A DNA stretch of 64,000 nucleotides from Vicinamibacterales bacterium. Its GTDB lineage: Bacteria > Acidobacteriota > Vicinamibacteria > Vicinamibacterales > UBA8438. Location: contig OZ252227.1 in NCBI GenBank assembly GCA_965249175.1, positions 6,455,474-6,519,473 on the forward strand, given 5' to 3'. A program made the translations under genes and the position numbers. The first letter of the stretch is position 1; each line of letters starts with the position of its first letter. A model generated the notes under the pieces. That model worked only from the letters and a program-made list of their open reading frames with translations. It searched no databases and was not told where the DNA came from. Below are positions 20,973 through 31,056 of the stretch, piece by piece.

Positions 20973-21109
20973 CGCTGCTCCTGTTCGAGCCACGGCTGAC
21001 CGACACGCGTGCCGTCGGCCAGTGAGGTTCCCTTTCAACCGCTGCGCCGCGATGGCCGCACCGCGGACCCGTGCCGCCAGACCCACTGTATGCGTACATG
21101 CGACAGAAC

Positions 21110-21127
21110 ACATGTGCCAGAAGTCAC
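21110..21127 (-). promoter_or_regulatory. Putative response-regulator site RTGAC-N5-GCACATG, copy 1
   Basis: Its 17-bp core is a perfect inverted match to 23499-23515. Confidence 0.6.
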
Positions 21128-21184
21128 GAGGGTAGCCAAGACGAGGCTGATAGCCATCTCGGCAACGCGCTTCAAGGGAGCGGC

Positions 21185-21216
21185 TTGACTCTGGAGTCGA
21201 CACCAGGGTGCATACT
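21185..21216 (+). promoter_or_regulatory. MerR-type promoter/operator
   Basis: TTGACT-20 bp-CATACT with a dyad (actctgg...ccagggt) in the long spacer. Confidence 0.8.
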
Positions 21217-21222
21217 GGCGCT

Positions 21223-23183
21223 ATGGACGATGCACACGGCTCGGGCGGAGCGAGATATTGTCAAATGTTGTGGATCGGTCATCAGCGTGATCAGGCGGCC
21301 ACCTTCCGATCTCCCTCGTTGTTTCGCTCCTGCTGTACCCCGTCAATGAACGTCACGCCGGCGCGGACGAGTGGCAGCAGATGCGCGCCATTGAGCCGAC
21401 GCCAGCGCTGCTGTGCCATCTCGAGCAGCTTGTAGGCCATCAACAGGCCCTTGGTGCGCGAGCCCGCGCCTTTGGTCACGCGCTGCCGGAGTCGGACCGT
21501 GGCGAATGGCGACTCGATGACGTTGCTCGTGCGCACGTGCTGCCAATGCTCAGCTGGCAGGGCAAAGTGCGTGAGGAGGCGGTCGCGGTCTGCGTCCAGG
21601 CACGCCGCCGCCTTCGGGTACTTGGCCTCGTACTCGGCGATGAAGACGTCCATGGCCTCCTCGGCGTGTGCCCGCGTCTCGGCGTACATGATCTCGCGGA
21701 GCGCGCGCTTCGCTTTCGGCTGTAATCGCTTTGGCAATTTGTCGAGCACGTTGCCCATCTTGTGACACCAGTCGCGGAGCTCTCGCGTGTCCGGCCACAC
21801 GTCGCGCACGGCCGCCCAGAAACCCAGGGCGCCGTCGCCGACCGCCCCCACCGGGGCCCGCATGCCGCGCCGCTGGAGGTCCCGCAGCACCGTCGCCCAG
21901 CTGTCGGTGCTCTCGCGGTAGCCGTCCTCCAGGGCCACGAGCTTCTTGGTCCCATCGGGCCGTACGCCGATGATCACCAGCGTACAGAGCCGATCGTCCT
22001 CGAGCCGGATGTTGAAATGGATGCCGTCGACCCACACGTACACGTAGTCACGATCGGCCAGGTCCCGCTGGCGGAACCGCCGGTAGTCCTCTTCCCACAC
22101 CGCCGTGAGGCGCGCGATGTTGGTCGCGCTGAGGCCGGCCGCGTCATCCCCCAATAGCACCGGCAGCGCTTCGCGGAAATCGCCCGTCGACAGACCGCGC
22201 AGATAGAGGATCGGCAGCACCTCCGCCACCTTGGGCGAGCGACGCATGTAGGGGGGCAAGATCCGACTCGTGAACCGCTCCCGCTGGCCCGCGCCGTTGA
22301 CCCTTTTGTCGTTCACCCGAGGAGCATGCACCTCGAGCGTACCTGCCCCGCACGTCACCTTCCGCGCCTGGGCCCGACCATTCCGAACGACCAGCCGGCG
22401 TCCCCGCGCGTCCCGCTCCTCGCCGTGGGCCTCGATGTACTGCCCGACCTCCACCGCCAGGGCCGTCATCAACATCCGCCGGGCTCCCTCCCGGGCCAGC
22501 TCGTCCACCGTCTGCGCACCGCGCTCTTCCGGCGGAACTTCGTTGTCTGCTCCATCGTTGTCGAGTACCTTCAGCATGGGTGGCGGCTCCTTTCACCGGC
22601 CTGCCAGCCGGAGTTTTCGCGTTGCTCACGCGAAAGGATACGCCGCCTTCTTCAGACTGCCGATCCACAACTTCTGGTTATATCTCGGCGGAGCCACCAC
22701 GTCGGCGTACCGAATCGGAGAGCTGGCAACACTGACCCAGCTGACACCCGATACATTGCGCTACTACGAGCGGCTCTAGGGCTGCTCGGCAAGCCGCGTC
22801 GTAGTCCGGGCGGATTCAGGCTGTATAGCCGTGACGCGGTGCCGCAAGTGCGCTTCGTGAAGCAGGCCCAGGCTCTCGGCCTCGAGCTCGGCGAGATCCG
22901 CCAACTTGCCGGTGCCAATGGCGCGCGCGGACTGGCGCAATGCCGCCAGGTGCAGCCGGTGCTGCTGGCCAGGCTCGCTGAGCTGGACACGCGCCTCGCG
23001 GAGTTGCGCGGGCTCCGCCGGACGCTCAGGCGCGCCTTGGCGGACTGCGAGGAGCGGCTCGCAAGCCAGCCGGACGCCGCGTGTCCCGTGGTCGAGGAAT
23101 TGGAGGCGCGTGCGGCGCGCCCTCGGAGGCCCAGCCGCAAGACGGCACGCGCGCACGGCCCTCGACGAGTGAGCAAACCATGA
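21223..23183 (+). pseudogene. MerR-family metal-responsive regulator, disrupted by IS256 and a 2-bp frameshift near 22776
   Basis: YRIGELA...TLRYYERLGLL..P.RS.GGFRLY, with three Cys (QCRQ, DCEE, ACPVV). Confidence 0.88.
21252..22686 (-). mobile_element. IS256-family element, copy 1 (1435 bp; transposase 21291-22577)
   Basis: gagata...tatctc ends, 8-bp TSD ggcggagc; Mutator-type DDE transposase. Confidence 0.95.
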
Positions 23184-23501
23184 AGGCTGAGCTGTACTAT
23201 TTCGATGGGTGCCCTTCATACCAGAGGCGCTGGACAACCTGAAACAGGCCCTGCGCAGCGAACAGCGTTCCGACGAGGTCGAGATGATTCCGGTCGCCGA
23301 TGTTGCGGATGCTCGAGCCAGCGGTTCATCGGGTCACCGACCATTCGCATCGACGGTATCGATGTGGAGGGCGCGGCGGCGGAAACGCGTGGATACGGGT
23401 ATGGGTGCCGCGTTTACACTGACGGCGGCCGCGCCGTCGGCTGGCCGACGGTGGACCAGATTCGGGAGGCGCTCCGGCGACGGCGCCGCACGTTCCCATG
23501 A
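23180..23501 (+). pseudogene. Thioredoxin-like protein of the type found in mer-associated loci, two frameshifts
   Basis: MKAELYYFDGCPSY ... FIGSPTIRIDGIDV ... YGCRVY ... GWPT across frames. Confidence 0.75.
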
Positions 23502-23515
23502 CTTCTGGCACATGT
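23498..23515 (+). promoter_or_regulatory. Putative response-regulator site, copy 2
   Basis: atgacttctggcacatgt upstream of the histidine kinase gene. Confidence 0.6.
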
Positions 23516-23777
23516 CCGGTCCTCCGCGTAGGTCCTATATTTGCAGTGAGGCTCGTGACGGGTCAGACCCTGTCTCTCTGGCTCCATCCCTAGGCGACCC
23601 TTTGGGTGAACGGCCACGTCAAGGAGAGATGAACGGTTGCGGAAGCGATCTCTTCTGGGTTAGAGAGCACGTCGAGGAGTGGTTGACCGAACGTCCTGGT
23701 ATCGGGACCTGACGCAGGTGCCCATCCGCGAGTTCCTCGAGCAGCTCGAGGCGCGCTAGAACCTGCGGGCCGCCCGT

Positions 23778-24959
23778 ATGTCGAGCACACGGCGACGCCA
23801 CCGAACAGCCCAGAACCTCCTCCGGAGTGCGGGCGCCGTCACGCTGACCCTGGCCGCGCTTCCGGCCGTGTCGATGCTGCTGGGCGTGCGGCTCATCCCC
23901 GGCGAGTTGCCCACACTGTCGCTGAGCGCGCTGTGGGTCTGGCTCGCGGCCGCGGTGTGCTACGCCATCGCGTTCTGGCGCACCGCCGCCGCCGTTGGCA
24001 TCGATCGGCTCCAGACCAGGGCCAGACTCCTCGTCGGCGTGCAGGCCGTGGCTGCCCTGGTGATGTTCTCGCTCGTGTGCAGTGGATACGAGACGACGCA
24101 GCTCGTCGTGGTCGCGGCTCAGATTGGACTGCTGTTTTCGCTCCCTCTGAGCATCGGTCTGGTGCTCCTGCAATCAGTGATTCAAGGCTGGATCGCGATC
24201 GACCACTTTGGCGTCATGATGGCGCTCTGGTGGATCGGCGCCCTCACGCTTCCGTACTCGTCCTTGGCGCTGCTCACCGCGCGTATGGCTGCCAATCAGG
24301 CGAGGGCCGGCGACGAGCTCGCCAGCGCAAACGCCCAGCTTCGCGCAGCGCAAGCGCTACTCGCCGACAGCAGTCGGATGTCGGAGCGCGTGCGGATCTC
24401 CCAGGAGCTCCACGACCTGCTCGGACATCATCTGACCGGGTTGAGCCTGCATCTCGAGGCCGCCCGCCATCAGGCGCAGGACAAATCGCTCGACGAGATC
24501 CGCACCTGTCAGTCGCTGACGAAGCTGCTCCTCAGTGATGTGCGCGATGCCGTCAGCTCTCTCAGGGGACAGGACACCCTGGACGTGACCAAGGCCCTCT
24601 TGCCCCTCGTGACGGAGATTCCCCACCCGGAGGTGCATCTCAGCGTTCCTGCGGACTTGGCGGTGGCCGACCCGGAGCGTGCGCACGCGCTGGTCCGCTG
24701 CGTGCAGGAAATCGTAACGAATACCGTCAGACATGCGAGTGCGGACAACCTGTGGATCGAGTTCGTACAGACCGATGACGGGGTGCATGTCCAGGCGCAC
24801 GACGACGGCAGAGCCACCAAGAACTGGACGCTGGGCCAGGGGCTCAAGGGGATGCGAGATCGCGTGGAGCACTTCGGCGGTCGTCTCGAGATCGACGCGC
24901 GTCCGTCCCACGGGTTTCGTCTGGACGCCTGGATCCCGTTCAGCGGAGACACGCCGTGA
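23778..24959 (+). CDS. Membrane sensor histidine kinase (HisKA_3, DesK-like)
   Basis: ERVRISQELHDLLGHHL, QEIVTNTVRH, DDG, GQGLKGMRDRV. Confidence 0.93.
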   Translation: MSSTRRRHRTAQNLLRSAGAVTLTLAALPAVSMLLGVRLIPGELPTLSLSALWVWLAAAVCYAIAFWRTAAAVGIDRLQTRARLLVGVQAVAALVMFSLVCSGYETTQLVVVAAQIGLLFSLPLSIGLVLLQSVIQGWIAIDHFGVMMALWWIGALTLPYSSLALLTARMAANQARAGDELASANAQLRAAQALLADSSRMSERVRISQELHDLLGHHLTGLSLHLEAARHQAQDKSLDEIRTCQSLTKLLLSDVRDAVSSLRGQDTLDVTKALLPLVTEIPHPEVHLSVPADLAVADPERAHALVRCVQEIVTNTVRHASADNLWIEFVQTDDGVHVQAHDDGRATKNWTLGQGLKGMRDRVEHFGGRLEIDARPSHGFRLDAWIPFSGDTP

Positions 24960-25600
24960 TTCGCGTGTGCCTGGTCGAAGATCAGACCATCGTCCGCCAG
25001 GGGCTGCGGACGTTGCTCGATCTCGTCGATGACATCGAGGTCGTGGCCGAGGCCGTCGATGGCGAGGACGCCGTGCGGCGCATTCCCGACGCGACCCCGG
25101 ACGTAGTGCTGCTGGATATGCGGATGCCCAAGCTCGACGGGTTGGGCGTCCTGGCGCAGCTTGGCGCCCAGCACCGCCTGCCACCCACCATCATCCTGAC
25201 CACGTTCGATGACGACAGCACGGTGCTCGACGGGATCCGCGCGGGCGCCAAGGGCTTTCTCTTGAAGGATGTGTCGCTGGACCAGCTGACGGGCGCGATC
25301 CGCACGGTCGCCGCCGGCGGCACCATGATTCAGCCCGCGGTGACGGATCGCATCCTCAAGGGATTGCATGGCGTCCCTCGCGAGTTCCCCAGCCTCGATC
25401 CGCCGGACCCCTTGACCGCGCGTGAGACGGAGATCCTCCGGCTCATCGCCGGCGGCTACAGCAACCGAGAGATCGCGGGCGCGCTCGATCTGGCCGAAGG
25501 CACCGTCAAGAACCACATTTCGAGCATCCTGTCCAAGCTCGGAGTCCGGGACCGCACGCGGTCCGTGCTGAAGGCGGTCGAGCTCGGGCTGATCCAGTAG
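24956..25600 (+). CDS. NarL/LuxR-family response regulator
   Basis: Receiver domain (EDQ, D..MP, LTTF, LLK) + LTARE...GYSNREIA...TVKNH HTH. Confidence 0.95.
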   Translation: MIRVCLVEDQTIVRQGLRTLLDLVDDIEVVAEAVDGEDAVRRIPDATPDVVLLDMRMPKLDGLGVLAQLGAQHRLPPTIILTTFDDDSTVLDGIRAGAKGFLLKDVSLDQLTGAIRTVAAGGTMIQPAVTDRILKGLHGVPREFPSLDPPDPLTARETEILRLIAGGYSNREIAGALDLAEGTVKNHISSILSKLGVRDRTRSVLKAVELGLIQ

Positions 25601-25639
25601 CGCTGGATCGACCCAGTGGGGGGCGGCGGCTCGCGCGGA

Positions 25640-25726
25640 CTACCAGAAGAACGTGACGGCCACCATAGCGGCCGCGCACCACAGACAGGCCAGCCCGCAG
25701 AGGGCCGCACAGAACAACTTGATCAT
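25640..25726 (-). CDS. 28-aa hydrophobic Cys-rich small protein
   Basis: GGAGG RBS then MIKLFCAALCGLACLWCAAAMVAVTFFW*. Confidence 0.55.
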   Translation of the reverse strand: MIKLFCAALCGLACLWCAAAMVAVTFFW

Positions 25727-25800
25727 GGCATCCTCCCGTCGCTCACCGGTGGATTCACGTCGGCTCCAAACCTCGACCGTAGCCGTGTTGGACTGCGGCG

Positions 25801-25872
25801 CATGTGCTGAAAGTCACGCCGCTCTACCCCTGCCGAAGGTCACGGTAGCGGGCCGTGACGGCCGGCACATGT
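25801..25872. promoter_or_regulatory. Divergent pair of RTGAC-N5-GCACATG sites (copies 3 and 4)
   Basis: gtgactttcagcacatg on minus (25801-25817); gtgacggccggcacatgt on plus (25855-25872). Confidence 0.6.
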
Positions 25873-26042
25873 GCGCACGAACGTCCCTGCTGTTCACAGC
25901 ACTCCGAAATGACGCCGGGTGTGAGGTGATGACGCTGCCAGGGTGTTTGGCCGACGCACACACCTGGTCTGCATCGCGTTCTCGCCGGTCGATTGGGTAG
26001 AAGAGAGACTCTCCGCGCGGTCTAGCAGCACCGCCTGAAGGG

Positions 26043-27022
26043 ATGGCAGGACGAACGCGGCTCGGACGGTCGGCGCGACGACTCGTCACGCGCGTGACCG
26101 AGCGATCTGTCATCGACCGGCGAGTCTCACCGTTGCCCCTCCTCCTCCTGGCCCTGGTCGCCGCCTGCGCGCAGACCGAGCCCCCCGTGACCGAGGCGGC
26201 CAGCTACGACCGGGAACGGGTGATGTACGCCAGTCAGGACGTGGAGCTGTCGGGCGTCTTGTGGACGCCGCGAGCGCCGGGCCCACATCCCGCGCTCGTG
26301 CTCGTGGACGGATCGGGAGAGACGACGGCGGAGCGGTTGGAGTCGTGGGCACGGCGATTCACTGAGTGGGGGCTCGCTTGTCTGTCGTACGACAAGCGGG
26401 AGTCGGAGCATCCGGAGGTCGCTACCTCGGTGGTTACGACATCGACATCCCGCTCCTGGCGCGTGACGCCGTCGCCGGTGTGCACTATTTGAAAACCCGC
26501 GATGAAATAGACGGTTCGCAGATCGGACTGCTCGGGCAAAGCCAGGCAGGGTGGATCATCCCCGTCGCCGCAGCCGAGTCGCCCGACGTGTCGTTCAGCG
26601 TTGTCCTGTCGGGAGCGACGGTCACCCTCGGGGAGGAGGGTTACTTCAGTCAGCTCTCTGGTGACGATCCCTTCTGGCGCTGGATATATCGGGATCTCTC
26701 GCTGGACGAGATCTCTCGCCGGCTGGCGGAGCGAGGTCCCTCGCTCTTCGACCCTCGTCCCTACCTCGAGCGGGTCATGGTGCCGGGACTGTGGCTCTAC
26801 GGAGCGGAGGATCGTAGCCAGCCCACCCGCGAGAGCGTGCGAATCCTCGACGAGCTCATCGAGGCCCATGACAGGGACTTCACCTACAGGGTGTTTGACA
26901 ACGCGGACCACGCTCTCCGGGTCAACGGGACAACGGCCGAGGGCGTGTACGAGCTGGTAGAAGAGTGGATAGGCCGACAGCTCCGGCAAAGCCCGCGACC
27001 GACGCTCCAATCTGGGCGATAG
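26043..27022 (+). pseudogene. Alpha/beta hydrolase (lipoprotein-like), frameshift near 26399; start uncertain
   Basis: YDKR|GVGASGG, nucleophile elbow GQSQAG, catalytic Asp/His (GAED, ADH). Confidence 0.8.
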
Positions 27023-27409
27023 CCGGATTGCTCGCGGTCGCCTGGCTCGGCGTCAACGCGAGCTGGGGCCTGACCGATCCGGGCGACACGCTCGTCTCGG
27101 GCAGACTTCGTGCTGTCGCGCCGGAAACAGCCTGGTTGCTCGCGTGCGCCGCCGTCCTCGCTGCTGCCGCAGCGGCGCCGCCGCGCGTGGACGATGGTCT
27201 CGGCGATGCTTCTCGCCTCGTCGGTGGCCCTGCTGGCAGGCGCGGTCGATGCCGCCGCCGCCAGTCTCCCGATAGCGGTCGTGACAGGACTCTTGTGGGT
27301 GCTGTGGGGTCGCAGCGTCCTCGAAACGCGCGGACTGGGATGGGCGATCGTCACGCACGCCAGTCTCGATCTCGCCTTCTTTCTTGCGCAGTTCGTGCCG
27401 GACCGGTAG
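27019..27409 (+). pseudogene. Membrane protein fragment (CAAX protease-like C-terminus)
   Basis: Hydrophobic stretches in two frames ending GLGWAIVTHASLD. Confidence 0.35.
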
Positions 27410-27446
27410 GTGGATTGCACGGCGCGCCGCCAGCGCGACTGGTGCG

Positions 27447-27836
27447 CTACTCCTCGAGCGGCTGGCTGAAGTAGTAGCAGAGGCCATCGGGGGCGACGAC
27501 AAAAAAGACCTGGAGCTTCTGGCCGTCGCGCTCGTCGATGCGCCAGTTCGAGATCTTCACGTCGCGAGCTTCGAGCTCTGCCTTGGCGCGATGAATGTCG
27601 GTCACTGATATGGCTGCACCCTCCTGTGAGGGGTCGCCACCGTTCACGGCGAAACCGAGCTGCACACCGTCGCGCTCCAGGATGACGGTCGGGGTGGGCT
27701 CAGTACGCCTCTCGACCTCTTTCAGTCCGAAGGCCTTCGTGTACCATTTCGCGGCCTGCTCGATGTCCTTGACGGGCAGCGCAAGGACATCGTCGGCAAA
27801 TGGGGAAGCGTCCTTGTAGAGTGCTGTGTCTGCCAT
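27447..27836 (-). CDS. VOC/glyoxalase family protein
   Basis: LPVKDIEQAAKWY..AFG, APDG motifs. Confidence 0.85.
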   Translation of the reverse strand: MADTALYKDASPFADDVLALPVKDIEQAAKWYTKAFGLKEVERRTEPTPTVILERDGVQLGFAVNGGDPSQEGAAISVTDIHRAKAELEARDVKISNWRIDERDGQKLQVFFVVAPDGLCYYFSQPLEE

Positions 27837-27911
27837 GTGCTCGTATCCGATCGGTAACCGTCAAACCGGAGCCATTGTAGTGGCCGCGGGTGCCTCATAG
27901 TCGGGGGAAAG

Positions 27912-28298
27912 ATGGATCCAAGTACGGACACGAGGGCGCCATTCCTGGCGGCGGCAGTTCCAATAGTGTCGGTCGAGGATCTGGCCTCGGCGCTGAGCTA
28001 TTACCAGCGGGTGCTGGGATTCGATGTGGGTTGGAGTTGGGGCGATCCGCCGCACCTGGCAAGCGTGTGTCGCGACCGGGTCGAGGTCAATCTGGCGCAA
28101 CGCGACGGGTCCCAGGAGTCACAGCCTTCGAGGGTGTACTTCCAGATGTCGGGGGTCGACGAGTATTACCGGCTGGCGACCGAGGCCGGCGCGACGATTG
28201 AGGTCCCACTCGGTGACCGGCCGTATGGGATGAGGGACTTCAGGCTGCGGGATTTGGCCGGAAACGAGCTCAGCTTTGGCGAGGCCGCTGTGGATTGA
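27912..28298 (+). CDS. VOC/bleomycin-resistance family protein
   Basis: V.DL..AL.YYQRVLGF, DRPYGMRDF.L.DLAGN.L.F. Confidence 0.88.
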   Translation: MDPSTDTRAPFLAAAVPIVSVEDLASALSYYQRVLGFDVGWSWGDPPHLASVCRDRVEVNLAQRDGSQESQPSRVYFQMSGVDEYYRLATEAGATIEVPLGDRPYGMRDFRLRDLAGNELSFGEAAVD

Positions 28299-28360
28299 AG
28301 ATCCTGGTACCCATCGCGGCAAGGACGATGACGGACGCGCGTAAGCTCGACGGTGAGGGT

Positions 28361-28762
28361 ATGACAGTGACCGCGGAGCAAGCCCTTGGGCCTATCTCGC
28401 CCTTCTTCATCGTGCGCGATGTTCCCCAGGCGATCAGGTTTTACGAGGAGCGGCTCGGGTTCGAGGTTCGGTTTTCTGAACCAGACGGGGCGCCGTTCTT
28501 CGCCATCGTGGGTCGCAACGCCGTCCAGATCCTCCTAAAGGCCGTCTCGGACGAGATCGATCCTCAGCCGAATCACACCCGTCATGACTGGGCGCCGTGG
28601 GACGCGTACGTGTTCGTCAGGGATCCTGACGCCCTGGCCACTGAGTTCACGTCTCGGGGCGTTGAGTTTCACAAAGAAGTCGTCAATCGCGGCGACGGGC
28701 TTCGGGGATTCGAGGTGTGCGATAACGATGGCTACGTACTCTTTTTCGGTTGCCCCCACTAG
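28361..28762 (+). CDS. VOC/bleomycin-resistance family protein
   Basis: ISPFFIVRDV..AIRFYEERLGF, GLRGFEV.D.DGYVLFFG. Confidence 0.85.
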   Translation: MTVTAEQALGPISPFFIVRDVPQAIRFYEERLGFEVRFSEPDGAPFFAIVGRNAVQILLKAVSDEIDPQPNHTRHDWAPWDAYVFVRDPDALATEFTSRGVEFHKEVVNRGDGLRGFEVCDNDGYVLFFGCPH

Positions 28763-28779
28763 CCGGAGCGGGTCGCCAC

Positions 28780-28812
28780 TGTCCCTATATTGTCCCCATC
28801 AGGACTGCACTG
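28780..28812 (+). repeat. Integrase arm-type repeat block, copy 1
   Basis: tgtccc at 11-bp spacing; 30/33 identical to 30802-30834. Confidence 0.7.
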
Positions 28813-28916
28813 CTCGTGTTCCTACGCACTCCTCGCATTTCTTGAGGCGGCGGCAAGTTATTGACAGTGAAGAATTGGGCCGGAAATCGTCGATCGTGGG
28901 GATCGCGCGCGCCGCA

Positions 28917-28979
28917 TTGCTAAACCGTTATAGGGGCTAAAAACCTCTACCCACGGTTCGAATCCCTGCCTCACCGCCA
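28917..28979 (+). repeat. Duplicated 3' half of tRNA-Ser (attR-like)
   Basis: Matches 18009-18070 from the anticodon loop to CCA, with 3 substitutions and 1 insertion. Confidence 0.92.
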
Positions 28980-29027
28980 TTTTCTTCTCCGGTTCGGGTC
29001 CTCTTGCTCTAGGTTTAGATACCCATC

Positions 29028-30710
29028 ATGGCGGCCGGTATGACCCTGCGCGAGCTAGAAGGGCTGAAGACGGAGTTCGGCGACAACGCGGCGCACCGCA
29101 AGCTCCGGTTGCTCTCTCTTCTGCGCGGCGCGCGTTTCGCGCGCGCGACGGACGTGCTGGCTCTGCACGAACATCTCTGCTTCATGCGCGCCTACCCAGA
29201 CGACGCCTCCGTCTTGCGGCGCGTCGAGCAGATGCTCCACGGGTTTGATCGTCGCTCCGACCTACGCCGATTCGCGGAGAGCCTCGCTGACACCGGCATC
29301 GCCGGCACCGACACCCACTACGCATTCTTTGCCCCTACGGCCCGTTGGCTCGTGCGGCGCTGGGGCGACCGGCTGCATATCGACTGGCAGCACTTCGCCA
29401 ACGCGGCGCAGCTCGACGAGCTGATCCACCACTTCGCGCTGTGGACCGAGACGCCAGGGCTGGATGAGTCGGAGGACGGGGCGCGCGAGTGGATCGAGTA
29501 CATGCGGGGGCCAGACGAGACCGACGCGGCCTTTCTGGTACGGAGCGTTGGGGCGTTGGACGCAGGCGAGCCGTTGGCTGACCACATCTATGATCAGCTC
29601 GACCCGCCGCTGCGCCTTGCGCCGGGACCCGACACGCCGAGCCGCACTCGCCCGAAACACGCGGACACCCGGGTGATCTTCCAGACCGGTCCGCTGCGCA
29701 TGGCCCGACCGGAGCTGCCCGCCGCCATCCGCAAGCGCCCGCGCGGCGTGCACGTCCTATCTCCGCGCGCCGGCGCGCGTCTGGTCGATACGGCGCGTGA
29801 GACCCTGGTAACGCGCAGCCGCGACCTAGATGCCTTCGCGTTCGGTGACCGGCGCGACGTGCGCCTCGTCGAATGGGACGAGGGGCTGGCGGTTGCGACG
29901 TTCTGCACGACCCCGGATCGACGCCTGCTTCTCGAGTCGGTCTACGGAGTGCTCGTCCTGAAGAATGGTGTCCCCATCGGCTACGGGTCGATCTCAGCGC
30001 TCTTTGGTAGCAGTGGGATCGCGCACAACGTCTTCGAGACCTTCCGTGGCGCTGAAGGCGGACAGGTGTACGGCGCCGTGCTCGCCACCGCGCACCATCT
30101 GTTCGACGGCGATACGTTCACCATCGACCCCTACCAGCTTGGTGACGGCAATGACGAGGCGCTTCGGTCCGGGGCGTGGTGGTTCTACCAAAAGCTGGGC
30201 TTCCGCCCGCGCGACGCTGCGGTGATGCGGCTGATGCGGCGCGAGGAGGCCGCAATGGCCAAGCGTCCACGGCACCGCTCGCCGATCCCCACGTTGCGCA
30301 GGCTGGCCCAAGCGCCCCTCTTCTACGACATGGCGGGGCCGCGCGATGACGTGATCGGCACACTGCCTCTGGGGCGCGTCGGCGAGGCAGTGACCGCCGC
30401 AGTTGCGAGGCGCTTCGGCAGCGATCGCCGACGCGCGGTCCGCGTGCTCACGGCTGAGGCGCGAGCCCTGCTCGACCTGCGTTCGCTCGACGGTTGGGAC
30501 CGGAGTCAGCGCCTCATCCTGCAGCGCTGGGCGCCGCTGATTTGCGTGTTGCCGGGCGTCTCGCGTTGGAAGGCGGGTGACCGTCGGGCGCTAGCGGACA
30601 TCGTGCGCGCCAAAGGCGGTCGGCGTGAGTCGGACTACGTCCGCCGCTTCGATTCGCACCGCCCCCTGCGGCGTGCGGTGTTCGCATTGACCCAACGAGC
30701 CGCGGGGTGA
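29028..30710 (+). CDS. Hypothetical 560-aa protein with a GNAT-like motif in the C-terminal half
   Basis: Long intact ORF; N.EA..SGAWWFYQKLGFRP resembles the GNAT CoA-binding motif. Confidence 0.65.
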   Translation: MAAGMTLRELEGLKTEFGDNAAHRKLRLLSLLRGARFARATDVLALHEHLCFMRAYPDDASVLRRVEQMLHGFDRRSDLRRFAESLADTGIAGTDTHYAFFAPTARWLVRRWGDRLHIDWQHFANAAQLDELIHHFALWTETPGLDESEDGAREWIEYMRGPDETDAAFLVRSVGALDAGEPLADHIYDQLDPPLRLAPGPDTPSRTRPKHADTRVIFQTGPLRMARPELPAAIRKRPRGVHVLSPRAGARLVDTARETLVTRSRDLDAFAFGDRRDVRLVEWDEGLAVATFCTTPDRRLLLESVYGVLVLKNGVPIGYGSISALFGSSGIAHNVFETFRGAEGGQVYGAVLATAHHLFDGDTFTIDPYQLGDGNDEALRSGAWWFYQKLGFRPRDAAVMRLMRREEAAMAKRPRHRSPIPTLRRLAQAPLFYDMAGPRDDVIGTLPLGRVGEAVTAAVARRFGSDRRRAVRVLTAEARALLDLRSLDGWDRSQRLILQRWAPLICVLPGVSRWKAGDRRALADIVRAKGGRRESDYVRRFDSHRPLRRAVFALTQRAAG

Positions 30711-30801
30711 CGGAGCCATGGCGGCGATTCGTCGTCGCACTACTCCTCCTCGTCCCGCGCCCGCCTGCGGCTCGTGGGGCTGTTTCGGGACCCGTTCCTA
30801 A

Positions 30802-30834
30802 TGTCCCCAAATTGTCCCCATCAGGACCGCACTG
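30802..30834 (+). repeat. Integrase arm-type repeat block, copy 2
   Basis: tgtccccaaattgtccccatcaggaccgcactg. Confidence 0.7.
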
Positions 30835-31056
30835 GTGATGTGTATGTGATGGACTTGCGCGTGTTGCACTCACTCTCCCCCAACTAATGATGGTGACCCA
30901 GCGATTCCTGTTGGAGTCGGTGCGTCATCAAGTCAAGCGGCGTTACTGCCTCGGTGGACACCCAAAACCGGCCATCGATCGACACCTGAAAACCGGCCAC
31001 CACACGTAGCGCGTTGAGGCGTTGACGTCGGCGGGGAACCGCGGTTCCTACGCCGG

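Noticed and set aside
23180..23501. Selenoprotein form of the thioredoxin-like gene
   Set aside because: The active-site codon is TGC (Cys), and the breaks are frameshifts rather than in-frame UGA.
28917..28979. Second functional tRNA-Ser
   Set aside because: It lacks the 5' acceptor strand and D arm, and has a T-stem mismatch; it is an att remnant.
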